From an uncultured Gammaproteobacteria bacterium (lineage in GTDB: Bacteria; Pseudomonadota; Gammaproteobacteria; Arenicellales; JAANXG01): a stretch of 64,000 bases of DNA. Numbering within the stretch: the stretch's first letter is position 1; the number at the start of each line of letters is the position of its first letter. Position numbers and translations under genes: made by a program. Location of the stretch: assembly GCA_963731035.1 (NCBI GenBank), contig CAVSUY010000015.1, forward strand, positions 50,955 through 114,954, given 5' to 3'. The notes beneath the pieces were generated by a model. That model had not been told where the DNA came from. It was given only the letters and a program-made list of their open reading frames with translations, and searched no databases. Shown here piece after piece: positions 51,101 through 62,444 of this stretch.

Positions 51101-51198
51101 GCGTGGTCCTCCCAGTGCCGACCGGCGCGGGCGCAGTACCGCAGGATCCCGGCCCGTTGACGACGGTGCATAAGACCTTCTGGATAGAAGAGGAATAA
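45141..51198 (+). pseudogene. pilY1: Giant PilY1-like pilus tip adhesin (vWA + four repeated modules + C-terminal propeller), frame broken at least 17 times plus one in-frame TAG
   Basis: Colinear coding pieces in all three frames, corresponding to ORF-track entries 45141, 45445, 45779, 46430, 46786, 47399, 47581, 48476, 48657, 48890, 49125, 49813, 49928, 50253 and 50863. See the first finding for motifs and break positions. Ends at TAA 51196-51198, directly before the pilE ATG. Confidence 0.8.
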
Positions 51199-51642
51199 AT
51201 GACAGAGGCACATAAACAGGCGCCAGGTCGCGCCCAACGAGGGTTCACGCTGATCGAGCTCCTGATCGTGGTGGCGGTGATCGCCATCTTGACGGCGATC
51301 GCGCTGCCCATGTACCGGGACTACGTGGTGAGGTCGAACCGCTCGGACGCGATCGTCTCGTTGACGGAGCTGGCCAACCTGGAGGAGAAGCACTACTCGA
51401 ACCAGTTGTCCTACACACCCACCATCAGCGCCTTGAGCTACTCGACGACGTCGCCGAACCGCTACTACAGTCTCAGCATCGCGACCAACTCCACTACGGG
51501 CTATACGTTGACCGCCACGCCGATCGGGCGGCAGTTAGCCGAGGACAAGACCTGCCAGCAGTTCACTCTGAACAGCTTCGGTCAGCGCAGCGCCGTGGAC
51601 TCGGGGGGAAACAACACGTCCCAGAAGTGCTGGAACCGGTAA
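51199..51642 (+). CDS. pilE: Type IV pilin-like protein PilE
   Basis: QRG|[36 protein letters not shown] and a C-terminal Cys pair (CQQF...QKC). Confidence 0.85.
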   Translation: MTEAHKQAPGRAQRGFTLIELLIVVAVIAILTAIALPMYRDYVVRSNRSDAIVSLTELANLEEKHYSNQLSYTPTISALSYSTTSPNRYYSLSIATNSTTGYTLTATPIGRQLAEDKTCQQFTLNSFGQRSAVDSGGNNTSQKCWNR

Positions 51643-51683
51643 CGCGGGAAGCGGGGGAAAGGTAAGGAAACCGTCCGGTCGAA

Positions 51684-51732
51684 ATCGCGGCTGCACTGGG
51701 ATCGTTCCTGACGATCCCAGTGCAGCCGCGAT
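51684..51732. terminator. Perfect 22-bp hairpin downstream of pilE (REP-related ends)
   Basis: ATCGCGGCTGCACTGGGATCGT-TCCTG-ACGATCCCAGTGCAGCCGCGAT. The outer 10 nt equal the REP termini. There is no U tract, so terminator function is an inference. Confidence 0.5.
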
Positions 51733-51781
51733 CCAGCAGCCTCAACCCCCAATCCGGCGCCCATGCACCACCGCAAACCCC

Positions 51782-51809
51782 GGATCGTAGGAGCGGCTTC
51801 AGCCGCGAT
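51782..51809. repeat. REP copy overlapping the 3' end of lspA
   Basis: GGATCGTAGGAGCGGCTTCAGCCGCGAT. On the minus strand it contributes the last codons and the TGA of lspA. Confidence 0.85.
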
Positions 51810-52269
51810 CCAGCAGCCTCAACCCCACCACGTCCATCACCAGCAGCACCGCGCCGATGAAGATGGCGGAATCGGCAACGTTGAAATTCGGCCAGTCGTA
51901 GCTCTTGTAGAACCAGTGGATGAAGTCCACGACGTAGCCCTGGTGCACGCGGTCGAAGACGTTGCCCAACGCCCCGCCGACAATCAAGGCGTAGGACACG
52001 GCGATCTGGCGCTGTGCGGGGGTGAGCCGGTAGAGGGAGTACACCAGGAACAGGGACACCACCACGGCAACCGCGATGAAGAACCCATTCTGCCAGCCCC
52101 CGGCATCATTAAGGGTGCCGAAGGCGGCGCCGGTGTTGTAGGCCAACTGCAGGTCGAAGCCCGGCATGATCTTCACCGGCGGCCGGCCCGACAGATACGC
52201 CACCGCCAGCCATTTGCTGATCTGGTCCAGCACAAATACCACGACCGATATCCAAAGGGTCTTCAGCAT
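51799..52269 (-). CDS. lspA: Lipoprotein signal peptidase II
   Basis: Start at ATG 52269 (MLKTLWISVVVFVLDQISK). NTGAAFG and FNVADSAI motifs. Confidence 0.9.
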   Translation of the reverse strand: MLKTLWISVVVFVLDQISKWLAVAYLSGRPPVKIMPGFDLQLAYNTGAAFGTLNDAGGWQNGFFIAVAVVVSLFLVYSLYRLTPAQRQIAVSYALIVGGALGNVFDRVHQGYVVDFIHWFYKSYDWPNFNVADSAIFIGAVLLVMDVVGLRLLDRG

Positions 52270-52356
52270 CGCGCCGCCAACCAAGATCCCCTCTCCCCTC
52301 CGGGGCAATGGAACGCAGCCCTGGCACGATCCAGTTTGTACCCACGCATACTGGGA

Positions 52357-52428
52357 ACCGGGAAGGGCGCGAACGCGGTCTTAAACGTCGTCCCCTCACC
52401 CCAGCCCTCTCCCGCAAACGGGAGAGGG
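52357..52428. repeat. Copy of a second dispersed repeat family (CCCTCACCCC..CCCTCTCCC-N-GGGAGAGGG hairpin)
   Basis: ACCGGGAAGGGCGCGAACGCG...CCCCTCACCCCAGCCCTCTCCCGCAAACGGGAGAGGG. Closely similar to 59002-59073. Confidence 0.75.
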
Positions 52429-52519
52429 AGTTGGTGCGGGGCGCGGGACGGAGCAGCGCCAGACGAAGGAACCATCCGACAAACCGCCGCGGCGCTGACG
52501 CGCACGATAGATGCATCCA

Positions 52520-55351
52520 TCAGGCGTACAGCCGCGTCTCCCCGACGCCGGCGACGTTCTCCACGCAGCGGCCGCAAAGCTCGGGGTGATCGGGGTTGGT
52601 GCCGACGTCGCGCCGCCGGTGCCAGCAGCGTACACACTTCGGCTTGTCGGATTTCTCCACCGCCACGAACACGTTCTCGAGCCCCGACGATTCCAGGGAC
52701 TGGGGGCGCTCCCTTGACGGCCGGGCCTCGGCGCCGGAAGTGATGAACACGAAGCGAAGCTCGTCGCCGAGATCGCGCAGAACTCCCAGGTACGGCTCAT
52801 CGCAGTACACGGTAACTTCCGCATCCAGGCCGGCGCCGATGTCACCCGCATTGCGCACCGCTTCCAGGGTACGCATGACCGCTTGCCGCACCTCGATCAC
52901 CCGGTCCCAGTACTCACCGTTCTTCTCGCTGTCCTCGAGCCGTGCCGGCGGCCAACCGTCGTACCAGGTATTGAGCAGCACCGACTCGTTCCGACTCCCC
53001 GGCATGCAGCGCCAGATCTCCTCCGAAGTGAAGGCCAGCACCGGCGCCAGCCAACGAACCAGGGCTTCCAACACGTAGTACATCGCCGTTTGCGCGGAAC
53101 GCCGGGCCAGGCTATCCCTGGGCGTCGTGTACAGGCGGTCCTTGAGGACATCGAGGTAAAAGCCGCCCATCTCCACCACGCAGAACTGGTGGAGCTTCTG
53201 GTACATCAGATGGAACTGGTAGTTCTCGTACGCTTCCAGGATTTCCGACTGCAGGGCCTGGGCCTTGGCCAGGGCCCAGCGATCCAGGGCCAGCATGTCG
53301 TCAACCGCTACCGGGTCCTTGTCCGGATCGAAATCCGCCAGGTTGCCCAACAGGTAACGCGCCGTGTTGCGCATGCGGCGATAGGAATCCGCCACCCGCT
53401 TCAAAATCTCGTCCGAGATGCTCATCTCCCCGCGGTAGTCCGTGGCCGCGACCCACAACCGCAGGATATCCGCGCCCAGGGTATTGATTACCTCCTGGGG
53501 TGCGATCACGTTGCCCCGGGACTTGGACATCTTGTGTCCCTGCGCGTCGACGGTGAACCCGTGGGTCAGAACACCCTTATAGGGCGCCTTGCCGGTGATC
53601 GCGACACCGGTCAGGATGCTGGACTGAAACCACCCCCGGTGCTGGTCGGAGCCCTCGAGGTACAGATCAGCGGGCCGCTGGAGCTCGTCGCGGGTGCACA
53701 GCACGGTGTCATGGGTCGTGCCGGAGTCGAACCACACGTCCAGGGTGTCGGTGACCTTTCGGTACCGCTCGATGTCCGCGCCCAGCAGCTCGGCGTCGTC
53801 GAGGTCGAACCAGGCGTCGATGCCACCGCCGGTTTCCATCTCATGCGCCACCCGCTCCAACAACTCGGGCATGCGCGGGTGCAGCTCATCCGTCTCCCGG
53901 TCAACGTAGAAGGCGATGGGCGTGCCCCAGTAGCGCTGCCGGGAGATACACCAGTCCGGCCGGTTGGCCACCATGCCGTGGATCCGCGCCCGACCCCAGT
54001 CGGGATGGAACGAGACTTTTTCGATCTGATCCAGCACCGCCCGGCGCAGACCGTGGTTGTCCATGCTCACGAACCATTGCGTCGTCGCGCGGAATATGAC
54101 GGGAGACTTGTGCCGCCAGCAATGGGGATAGCTGTGCTCGTAGTTCTCCGCGTGCACCAGGGCGCCTCTTTCCTTCAGCACCTCGATGACATGGTCGTTC
54201 GCCTTGAACACGAACTCCCCGGCGAAGTACTCGGTCGCGGGCAGGAAGCAGCCGTCGGGCCCCACAGGGTTGTCGACCGTCAAGCCATACTTGCGGCCGA
54301 GCTCGAAGTCCTCCTGGCCGTGTCCCGGGGCCGTATGGACCAATCCAGTGCCCGCTTCGATGGTGACGTGTTCGGCCAGTACACACGGTACCCGCCGGTC
54401 CAGGAACGGGTGTTGCAGCTCGAGCCCTTCCAGGTCCCTGCCGCGGCAGCGCCCCAGGACCTCGTAGTCCTCGTCCCCGTAGCGTTTCATGGCGGATTCC
54501 AGAAGGTCCGACACCAGCACGAAATACTCGAAACCCTTGTCCCCCTGCCGCTTGACCAGGACGTATTCCAGATCCGGGTGCAGGGCCACGGCCTGATTCG
54601 CGGGCAGAGTCCAGGGCGTGGTAGTCCAGATCACCGCGGACACGGGATTGCCGCCCACGGCGCCCGTAACCCCCATGCGGCGCTCGCAGTCGTCGGGGTC
54701 GACGACGCGGAATCGTACATCCACCGCCGGCGAGGTCTTCTCCTGGTACTCGATTTCCGCTTCCGCCAGGGCCGAGCCACAGTCGGAGCACCAGTAGACC
54801 GGCATCAGGCCGTAGTACAGGTGTCCCTTGTCGAGTATCTTGCCCAGCGCCCGGACGGTGTTCGCCTCGGTTGCCGGGGCCATGGTGAGGTACGGGTCGT
54901 CCCAGTCTCCCACCACGCCCAGTCGGATGAAATCGCGTTTCTGTGAGTCGATCTGCTCGGTCGCATAGGCGCGGCAGAGCCGGCGAAAGGCCCTGGGGTC
55001 GCGTCGCGCCTCCTCGCGGCCGTGGATCTTCTCGACTTCGTGCTCGATGGGCAAGCCGTGGCAGTCCCAGCCCGGGACGTAAGGCGAGTCAAATCCGCTC
55101 AGGGTCCGGGACTTGACAATGATGTCCTTGAGGACCTTGTTGACCGCGTGGCCGATGTGAATCACGCCGTTGGCGTACGGGGGGCCGTCGTGGAGGATGA
55201 ACTTCTCGCGGCCCGAACCCTCTTCGCGCAGACGTTGGTAGATGCCGATCCGGTCCCAGTACGAGAGGATCTCGGGCTCGCGCTTGGCGAGGTTGCCCCG
55301 CATCGGGAATTCCGTGGAAGGCAGATTGATCGTGTCTTTATAGTCGCTCAT
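52520..55351 (-). CDS. ileS: Isoleucine--tRNA ligase
   Basis: 943 aa. HIGH region [19 protein letters not shown] ([10 protein letters not shown]) and a C-terminal zinc-finger Cys pairs (CVRCWHRR...CGRC). Confidence 0.97.
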   Translation of the reverse strand: MSDYKDTINLPSTEFPMRGNLAKREPEILSYWDRIGIYQRLREEGSGREKFILHDGPPYANGVIHIGHAVNKVLKDIIVKSRTLSGFDSPYVPGWDCHGLPIEHEVEKIHGREEARRDPRAFRRLCRAYATEQIDSQKRDFIRLGVVGDWDDPYLTMAPATEANTVRALGKILDKGHLYYGLMPVYWCSDCGSALAEAEIEYQEKTSPAVDVRFRVVDPDDCERRMGVTGAVGGNPVSAVIWTTTPWTLPANQAVALHPDLEYVLVKRQGDKGFEYFVLVSDLLESAMKRYGDEDYEVLGRCRGRDLEGLELQHPFLDRRVPCVLAEHVTIEAGTGLVHTAPGHGQEDFELGRKYGLTVDNPVGPDGCFLPATEYFAGEFVFKANDHVIEVLKERGALVHAENYEHSYPHCWRHKSPVIFRATTQWFVSMDNHGLRRAVLDQIEKVSFHPDWGRARIHGMVANRPDWCISRQRYWGTPIAFYVDRETDELHPRMPELLERVAHEMETGGGIDAWFDLDDAELLGADIERYRKVTDTLDVWFDSGTTHDTVLCTRDELQRPADLYLEGSDQHRGWFQSSILTGVAITGKAPYKGVLTHGFTVDAQGHKMSKSRGNVIAPQEVINTLGADILRLWVAATDYRGEMSISDEILKRVADSYRRMRNTARYLLGNLADFDPDKDPVAVDDMLALDRWALAKAQALQSEILEAYENYQFHLMYQKLHQFCVVEMGGFYLDVLKDRLYTTPRDSLARRSAQTAMYYVLEALVRWLAPVLAFTSEEIWRCMPGSRNESVLLNTWYDGWPPARLEDSEKNGEYWDRVIEVRQAVMRTLEAVRNAGDIGAGLDAEVTVYCDEPYLGVLRDLGDELRFVFITSGAEARPSRERPQSLESSGLENVFVAVEKSDKPKCVRCWHRRRDVGTNPDHPELCGRCVENVAGVGETRLYA

Positions 55352-55357
55352 AAAACG

Positions 55358-56329
55358 TCATGCTGTGTTGGCCCTGCCCGCACCGTCGCCCCTCCCGCTC
55401 CGGCCCCTGAAGAACTCCTCGGCGTGCCTGATGTCCGCCGCAATCTGCGCCTTCAAAGCATCGAAGGTCTCGAACCGCTCCTCGTCCCGTATTCGTACGA
55501 GAAATCCCACCTCTATCCGCCTGCCATAGATGTCGCCGTCGAAATCGAGGAGATACACCTCCAGCAAGGCCTTGGCCGGCCCCGGCACGGTAGGCCGCAC
55601 GCCGATGCTCGCCACACCGTTCACCGCCGAACTGCCGAGCCCATACACCTCGACGGCGTATATGCCCGTAAACGGCGGTCGACGCCGGGCCATGTCGATG
55701 TTGGCGGTGGGAAATCCCCACTCCCGACCCCGCTTGTCGCCGTGTACCACCCGGCCGCGAATGCGGAATGGACGGCCGAGCATCGTTTCCGCCTCTTCGA
55801 AGCGCCCGGCCGCCAACGACTCGCGGATACGCGTGCTGCTCACCCGGGCGCCGTCGACCTGGTAGGTATCGGCTTCCTCGACGCTGAACCCGAACCGCGA
55901 CCCGGCATCCACCAGGGTTGTGAAATCTCCCTTGCGGCCGTGACCGAAGCGGAAGTCGTCACCCACCACCAGGTGGTGCACGCCCAGCGCCTCCACCAGC
56001 AAGTGCTGAACGAAATCCGCAGCGCTGGTTTGCGCAACGGCGCGGTTGAAGCGAAGGCACAGCAGATAATCCACGCCGACGCCCGTCAGCAAGGCGAGCT
56101 TGTCGCGCAAAGGGCTCAACCGCGCCGGCGCCTCATTCCCCCTGAAATACTCCTGGGGCTGCGGCTCGAAGACCACGACCATGGACGGGCGGCCCAATTC
56201 GCGGCTGCGGCGCTCGAGCTGGGCGATCACCGCGCGGTGCCCGACGTGAACGCCATCGAAATTGCCGATCGTCACCACGCAGCCGCGGTGACGCGGCTCG
56301 ATATTCAACCGCCCACGAATGACTTCCAC
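55358..56329 (-). CDS. ribF: Bifunctional riboflavin kinase / FMN adenylyltransferase
   Basis: VVTIGNFDGVHVGH ... GFPTANI ... The start is placed at GTG 56329 (VEVIRGRLNIEP) by comparison with usual RibF N-termini; the track ORF extends to 56377. Confidence 0.88.
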   Translation of the reverse strand: MEVIRGRLNIEPRHRGCVVTIGNFDGVHVGHRAVIAQLERRSRELGRPSMVVVFEPQPQEYFRGNEAPARLSPLRDKLALLTGVGVDYLLCLRFNRAVAQTSAADFVQHLLVEALGVHHLVVGDDFRFGHGRKGDFTTLVDAGSRFGFSVEEADTYQVDGARVSSTRIRESLAAGRFEEAETMLGRPFRIRGRVVHGDKRGREWGFPTANIDMARRRPPFTGIYAVEVYGLGSSAVNGVASIGVRPTVPGPAKALLEVYLLDFDGDIYGRRIEVGFLVRIRDEERFETFDALKAQIAADIRHAEEFFRGRSGRGDGAGRANTA

Positions 56330-56450
56330 TACTCGCCCCGTATCCCGATCAAAGCCGCACCGAATTCGTCGCCGCAAACAAAACCGGACATTTTATACAA
56401 GTGCCCGCTGCGACTCCAAGAAGCGCGCGCCGGGACGGCGGGTACGCCAC

Positions 56451-56867
56451 TCACGCCCAGTCGGGGTCCAGCTCTTCGACGGCCTCGACCAGCGGACGGC
56501 GGCCGGCAAATCCGTCGTCGTAGCCGTGATAGTGGGCGACCCTGAGCTCGGGGTACTTCCAGCACAGGTATCCGTCGCCGGTGTCGAAATCCACCAGCCA
56601 CAAGCCTTTCACCACCACGCCCAGGCGCTCCAGCTTGCTCACCCAGCGCTTGATGATCTCTTCGTACTCCCGCTGGACCGCAGGCGTTCGGGGATCCGTG
56701 GCCAGCATGTTGTTGAGCCGTTGCTTGACTGGAGCCAGCTCCCCGGCTGACTGCTCGGTAATGCCTCGAATCAAAGGCAGCAGGGCTTCCGCCTCGGCGA
56801 GCGTGAAGACCCGCGGCTCGCCGACCGCGCCGATTTGATGGATCTGTACCGCGTTGGCACTGCTCAT
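56451..56867 (-). CDS. DUF2203-family protein
   Basis: 138 aa. RVFTLAEAEALLPLIRGI ... GLWLVDFDTGDGYLCWKYPE ... HGYDDGFAGRRPL fits my recollection of DUF2203. The ATG overlaps the murJ stop (TAATG). Confidence 0.68.
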   Translation of the reverse strand: MSSANAVQIHQIGAVGEPRVFTLAEAEALLPLIRGITEQSAGELAPVKQRLNNMLATDPRTPAVQREYEEIIKRWVSKLERLGVVVKGLWLVDFDTGDGYLCWKYPELRVAHYHGYDDGFAGRRPLVEAVEELDPDWA

Positions 56868-58417
56868 TATTCGAGTTCAGCCCGCCTGAGTATGAGTTGA
56901 TCGGGTCGTATACCACAGGCAAGTATAACCAAAAAATACACCGCCGCAGCGGCCCCGATCCAGCCCGACAGGTACAGCGCGCGCTCGACGGTGCCACGAG
57001 CCGCCCACTCGTCCGGGCTGGCGACGCCCCAGATCAACACCGCCGACATGGCAATGCCCGCAGCACCGACTTTGGACAGAAACTTAATCCACCCGGGGCG
57101 GGGTTTGAAGATCCCCTCCTGCATCAGCAGGTGCAGCAGAAGCAGCGCATTAACCCAGGCGGCCAGCGACGTTGCCAGCGCAAGACCGGTGTGCCGCATG
57201 GGCGAAACCAGGATCAGGCTGAGGATGATGTTGACCACCATGGACACCGCCGCCACCTTGACCGGAGTCTTGGTGTCCTGGCGGGCGAAGAATCCGGGCG
57301 CCAGTACCTTCACCATGACGAAAGCGGCAAGCCCCACCGCATAGGCTACCAGGGCGAAGGACATCATGCGAACGTCGTCCGGTGTCGTGCTTCCGTGCAG
57401 GAACAGGGTGCTCAGAATCGGAGCCGCCATCAGGATCAATCCGATCATCGCAGGAACCGAAATCAGACACACCCAGCGCAGCGACCAATCGAGCATCTCG
57501 GAGAATGCCTCGCCATGCCCTCTGGAGTGGAGCTTCGACAGGCTCGGCAACATTACCGTAGCCAGTGCGATCCCGAACACACCGAGGGGAAACTCCATGA
57601 TTCTGTCGGAGTAGTACAGCCACGACACGCTGCCGGTTACCAGAAAGGACGCCAGCAGCGTACCCACCAGAATGTTGATCTGGGCGACGGATACACCGAA
57701 CATCGCCGGCAGCATGAGCCGGAATACCCGGCGCACGCCCTCGTCCCGGATACTGGGGCGGGGAAAAGGCAACGCGCCCTCTCGGCGCAGGAACGGCACC
57801 TGGAACGCGAGCTGCAACAGCCCCGCCGCCAACACACCAATGGACACTCCCACCGCCGCGTTCGGGGCGAGCGGAACCACCCACAGGGCGGCCGCGATCA
57901 TGCACAGATTGAGAAACACCGGCGTCACCGCCGGAACCCCGAAGCGCCCACAGGTATTGAGAATGCCGGCCGACATGGCCACCAGAGAGATGAACAGCAG
58001 GTAGGGAAACGTGAGGCGCAGCGAATCCACGGTTATGCTGAACTTGTCCGGCTCGTCTATGTAGCCCGGCGCGATCACCGTTACGAATTCCGGTGCCGCC
58101 CACAGTCCGAGCAGCGTCAGGATCACCAGGATTGCGCCCAGCATGCCGGTCATGTGGTCGAGAAACGCTCCCGCGTCCTCCGCGCTGCCCTGCTCGCGGA
58201 ACTCCGAATACACCGGTATGAAGGCCTGGGAGAACGCGCCTTCAGCGAATATTCGGCGGAAAAAATTGGGAATACGGAAAGCGACGAAAAACGCGTCGGC
58301 CATCAATCCGGCGCCCATGACGTTGGCAAACACGATATCCCGTACCAGTCCGCTGACCCGTGAGACCAGGGTCATGGCGGCAACCACCAGCGTCGATTTC
58401 AAAAGCTTGCGCGACAT
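56867..58417 (-). CDS. murJ: Lipid II flippase MurJ (MviN)
   Basis: 516 aa. MSRKLLKSTLVVAAMTLVSRVSGLVRDIVFANVMGAG...ADAFFVAFRIPNFFRRIFAEGAFSQAFIPV and about 14 TM segments. Confidence 0.94.
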   Translation of the reverse strand: MSRKLLKSTLVVAAMTLVSRVSGLVRDIVFANVMGAGLMADAFFVAFRIPNFFRRIFAEGAFSQAFIPVYSEFREQGSAEDAGAFLDHMTGMLGAILVILTLLGLWAAPEFVTVIAPGYIDEPDKFSITVDSLRLTFPYLLFISLVAMSAGILNTCGRFGVPAVTPVFLNLCMIAAALWVVPLAPNAAVGVSIGVLAAGLLQLAFQVPFLRREGALPFPRPSIRDEGVRRVFRLMLPAMFGVSVAQINILVGTLLASFLVTGSVSWLYYSDRIMEFPLGVFGIALATVMLPSLSKLHSRGHGEAFSEMLDWSLRWVCLISVPAMIGLILMAAPILSTLFLHGSTTPDDVRMMSFALVAYAVGLAAFVMVKVLAPGFFARQDTKTPVKVAAVSMVVNIILSLILVSPMRHTGLALATSLAAWVNALLLLHLLMQEGIFKPRPGWIKFLSKVGAAGIAMSAVLIWGVASPDEWAARGTVERALYLSGWIGAAAAVYFLVILACGIRPDQLILRRAELE

Positions 58418-58501
58418 GCCGCTTGTGTTTAGCTCCGGCTGACGATCTGCAGACGCCGGCTACTATAAAGGAAATTCGCGAGCGATCTCAGATGTGGACA
58501 G

Positions 58502-58528
58502 CAAAACGCCCGGCACTGGCCGGGCGTT
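58502..58528 (-). terminator. Rho-independent terminator of rpsT
   Basis: Minus strand: AACGCCCGG-CCAGTG-CCGGGCGTT followed by TTTG, 30 nt after the rpsT stop. Confidence 0.65.
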
Positions 58529-58557
58529 CTGGAAAAACTCGATTTGGAGACCGTGGA

Positions 58558-58827
58558 TCAGCCGGCGCTGATGCTGCGCACCCGCCGGTTCAGACGGGAT
58601 TTCAGGCGCGCCGCGCGATTGCGGTGATGATGGCCCTGGTGCACCGCTTTGTCGATCAGGGACGTGGCCCGCTGGTAGGCGGCGCGCGCGCCCTCGGAAT
58701 TGTTCTCGCGGACCTGCTTCAACACTTCCCGGATGGACGTGCGGACCGTCGAGCGCTGGGGCCCGTTGTGAAGGCGCCGCGCCTCATTCTGCCTGGCCCG
58801 TTTGCGTGCTTGTGGTGAGTTCGCCAA
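58558..58827 (-). CDS. rpsT: 30S ribosomal protein S20
   Basis: MANSPQARKRARQNEARRLHN ... 89 aa, basic, typical S20. Confidence 0.93.
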   Translation of the reverse strand: MANSPQARKRARQNEARRLHNGPQRSTVRTSIREVLKQVRENNSEGARAAYQRATSLIDKAVHQGHHHRNRAARLKSRLNRRVRSISAG

Positions 58828-58911
58828 TGCTCTTGCCGGTATTCAACTGAGAGGGGGCGCAAATATCCATTTTTTGCCCTGCCGTGTCAAGGCACCCCCT
58901 GGACGAAAGGT

Positions 58912-59073
58912 CCCCTCTCCCGCCCGCGGGAGAGGGATAGGGTGAGGGCAATGGATATTAGCCTCGACACGAAACCGCGTGGTAATCCACGATGCCGCGT
59001 AACCGGGAAGGGCGAGAACGCGAAGCTCGCTCCTATTCCCCTCACCCCAACCCTCTCCCCAGAGGGGAGAGGG
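58912..59073. repeat. MITE-like element: two inverted copies of the GGGAGAGGG-hairpin repeat flanking about 50-90 bp
   Basis: CCCCTCTCCCGCCCGCGGGAGAGGGATAGGGTGAGGG (58912-58948) and CCCCTCACCCCAACCCTCTCCCCAGAGGGGAGAGGG (about 59038-59073) are inverted relative to each other. The internal segment 59002-59037 matches 52357-52392. Confidence 0.7.
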
Positions 59074-59118
59074 GGGATGTATACGAGAGTTTGAAACGGG
59101 TTCAATCCCTGCCCGCCC

Positions 59119-61629
<2,511 letters not shown>

Positions 61630-61643
61630 GATAGCCTCTCTCG

Positions 61644-62264
61644 TTACTTCCCGATCAGTTTCTTGGCCTGTCCGACCCAGTCGTCCCGCTCGGCGCGGGC
61701 CTTGATGCTCAGCTCGGCGTCAAGCCGGTCGATGTCCTCGGCAGTCCACGCGGCGATCTGCGCCAGCGACGTCACGCCGGCATCGTGCAGCTTCTCCGCC
61801 AGCACCGGACCCACGCCCGTGAGTTGGGTGAGATCAGCGCTGGAATCGGATTCCGCGGCCTTCCCGGCCTGGGTCTTGGTCTCCGCCTGAGCCTCGTCCT
61901 TGGGCTGGGTGGCGGCTTGCTTGCCCGCCGCCTTCTTGGGGGCCGCAGCCTTTCCGGCTCCGATACTCGTAATTTCGAGCTCGGTGTAGTTCTGACGGTG
62001 CCCGGCGTGCTGGCGCGAATTCTGACGGCGGCGGAACTTCAATATCCGGACTTTCGCGCCGCGCCCGTGCTGAAGGACCGTCGCCTCGACGGTGGCTCCC
62101 GTGTACGGCGCCCCGACCTCGATCTTGTCTCCGTCGGCCACCAGCAGTACCTTCTCCAGCTGCACCTGGCTGCCGGGCTCGGCCCGCAGGCTCTCAACCT
62201 TGACACGATCGCCGACGGCCACGCGATACTGCTTGCCGCCGCTTTCGATCACCGCATACATCAT
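61644..62264 (-). CDS. rplU: 50S ribosomal protein L21 with a C-terminal extension of about 100 aa (Lys/Ala-rich linker + helix-hairpin-helix domain)
   Basis: Residues 2-104 ([14 protein letters not shown] ... [10 protein letters not shown]) are a complete L21. These are followed by [37 protein letters not shown] and [59 protein letters not shown]. Confidence 0.9.
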   Translation of the reverse strand: MMYAVIESGGKQYRVAVGDRVKVESLRAEPGSQVQLEKVLLVADGDKIEVGAPYTGATVEATVLQHGRGAKVRILKFRRRQNSRQHAGHRQNYTELEITSIGAGKAAAPKKAAGKQAATQPKDEAQAETKTQAGKAAESDSSADLTQLTGVGPVLAEKLHDAGVTSLAQIAAWTAEDIDRLDAELSIKARAERDDWVGQAKKLIGK

Positions 62265-62444
62265 TGATTCTCCAGGAATATTTAGGCCGGGACCGGTTCT
62301 GTCCCGAGGGGGAGCGCGCGATTTTATCCATCGCGCTGACCCAGGTCAATTCAATCCGTCGGGAGGCCATTTTCCGGTTGCAGTTTGGAATCAACCCCGG
62401 CATTCTCTGGTCGAAACAGCCATCCAGAACAAGCGCTTCTACCC

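Noticed and set aside
45141-51198. Programmed ribosomal frameshifting, or several independent small genes, as an explanation for the fragmented PilY1 region.
   Set aside because: Seventeen shifts in both directions without recognisable slippery heptamers, plus an in-frame TAG, is not compatible with programmed recoding. The fragments are colinear parts of single domains; for example, the DTNEDGLI/DRLY loop is split mid-motif.
51763-52743. 326-aa plus-strand ORF.
   Set aside because: It is antisense to lspA and runs through the REP, the GGGAGAGGG-type repeat and the 3' end of ileS. It has no domain content.
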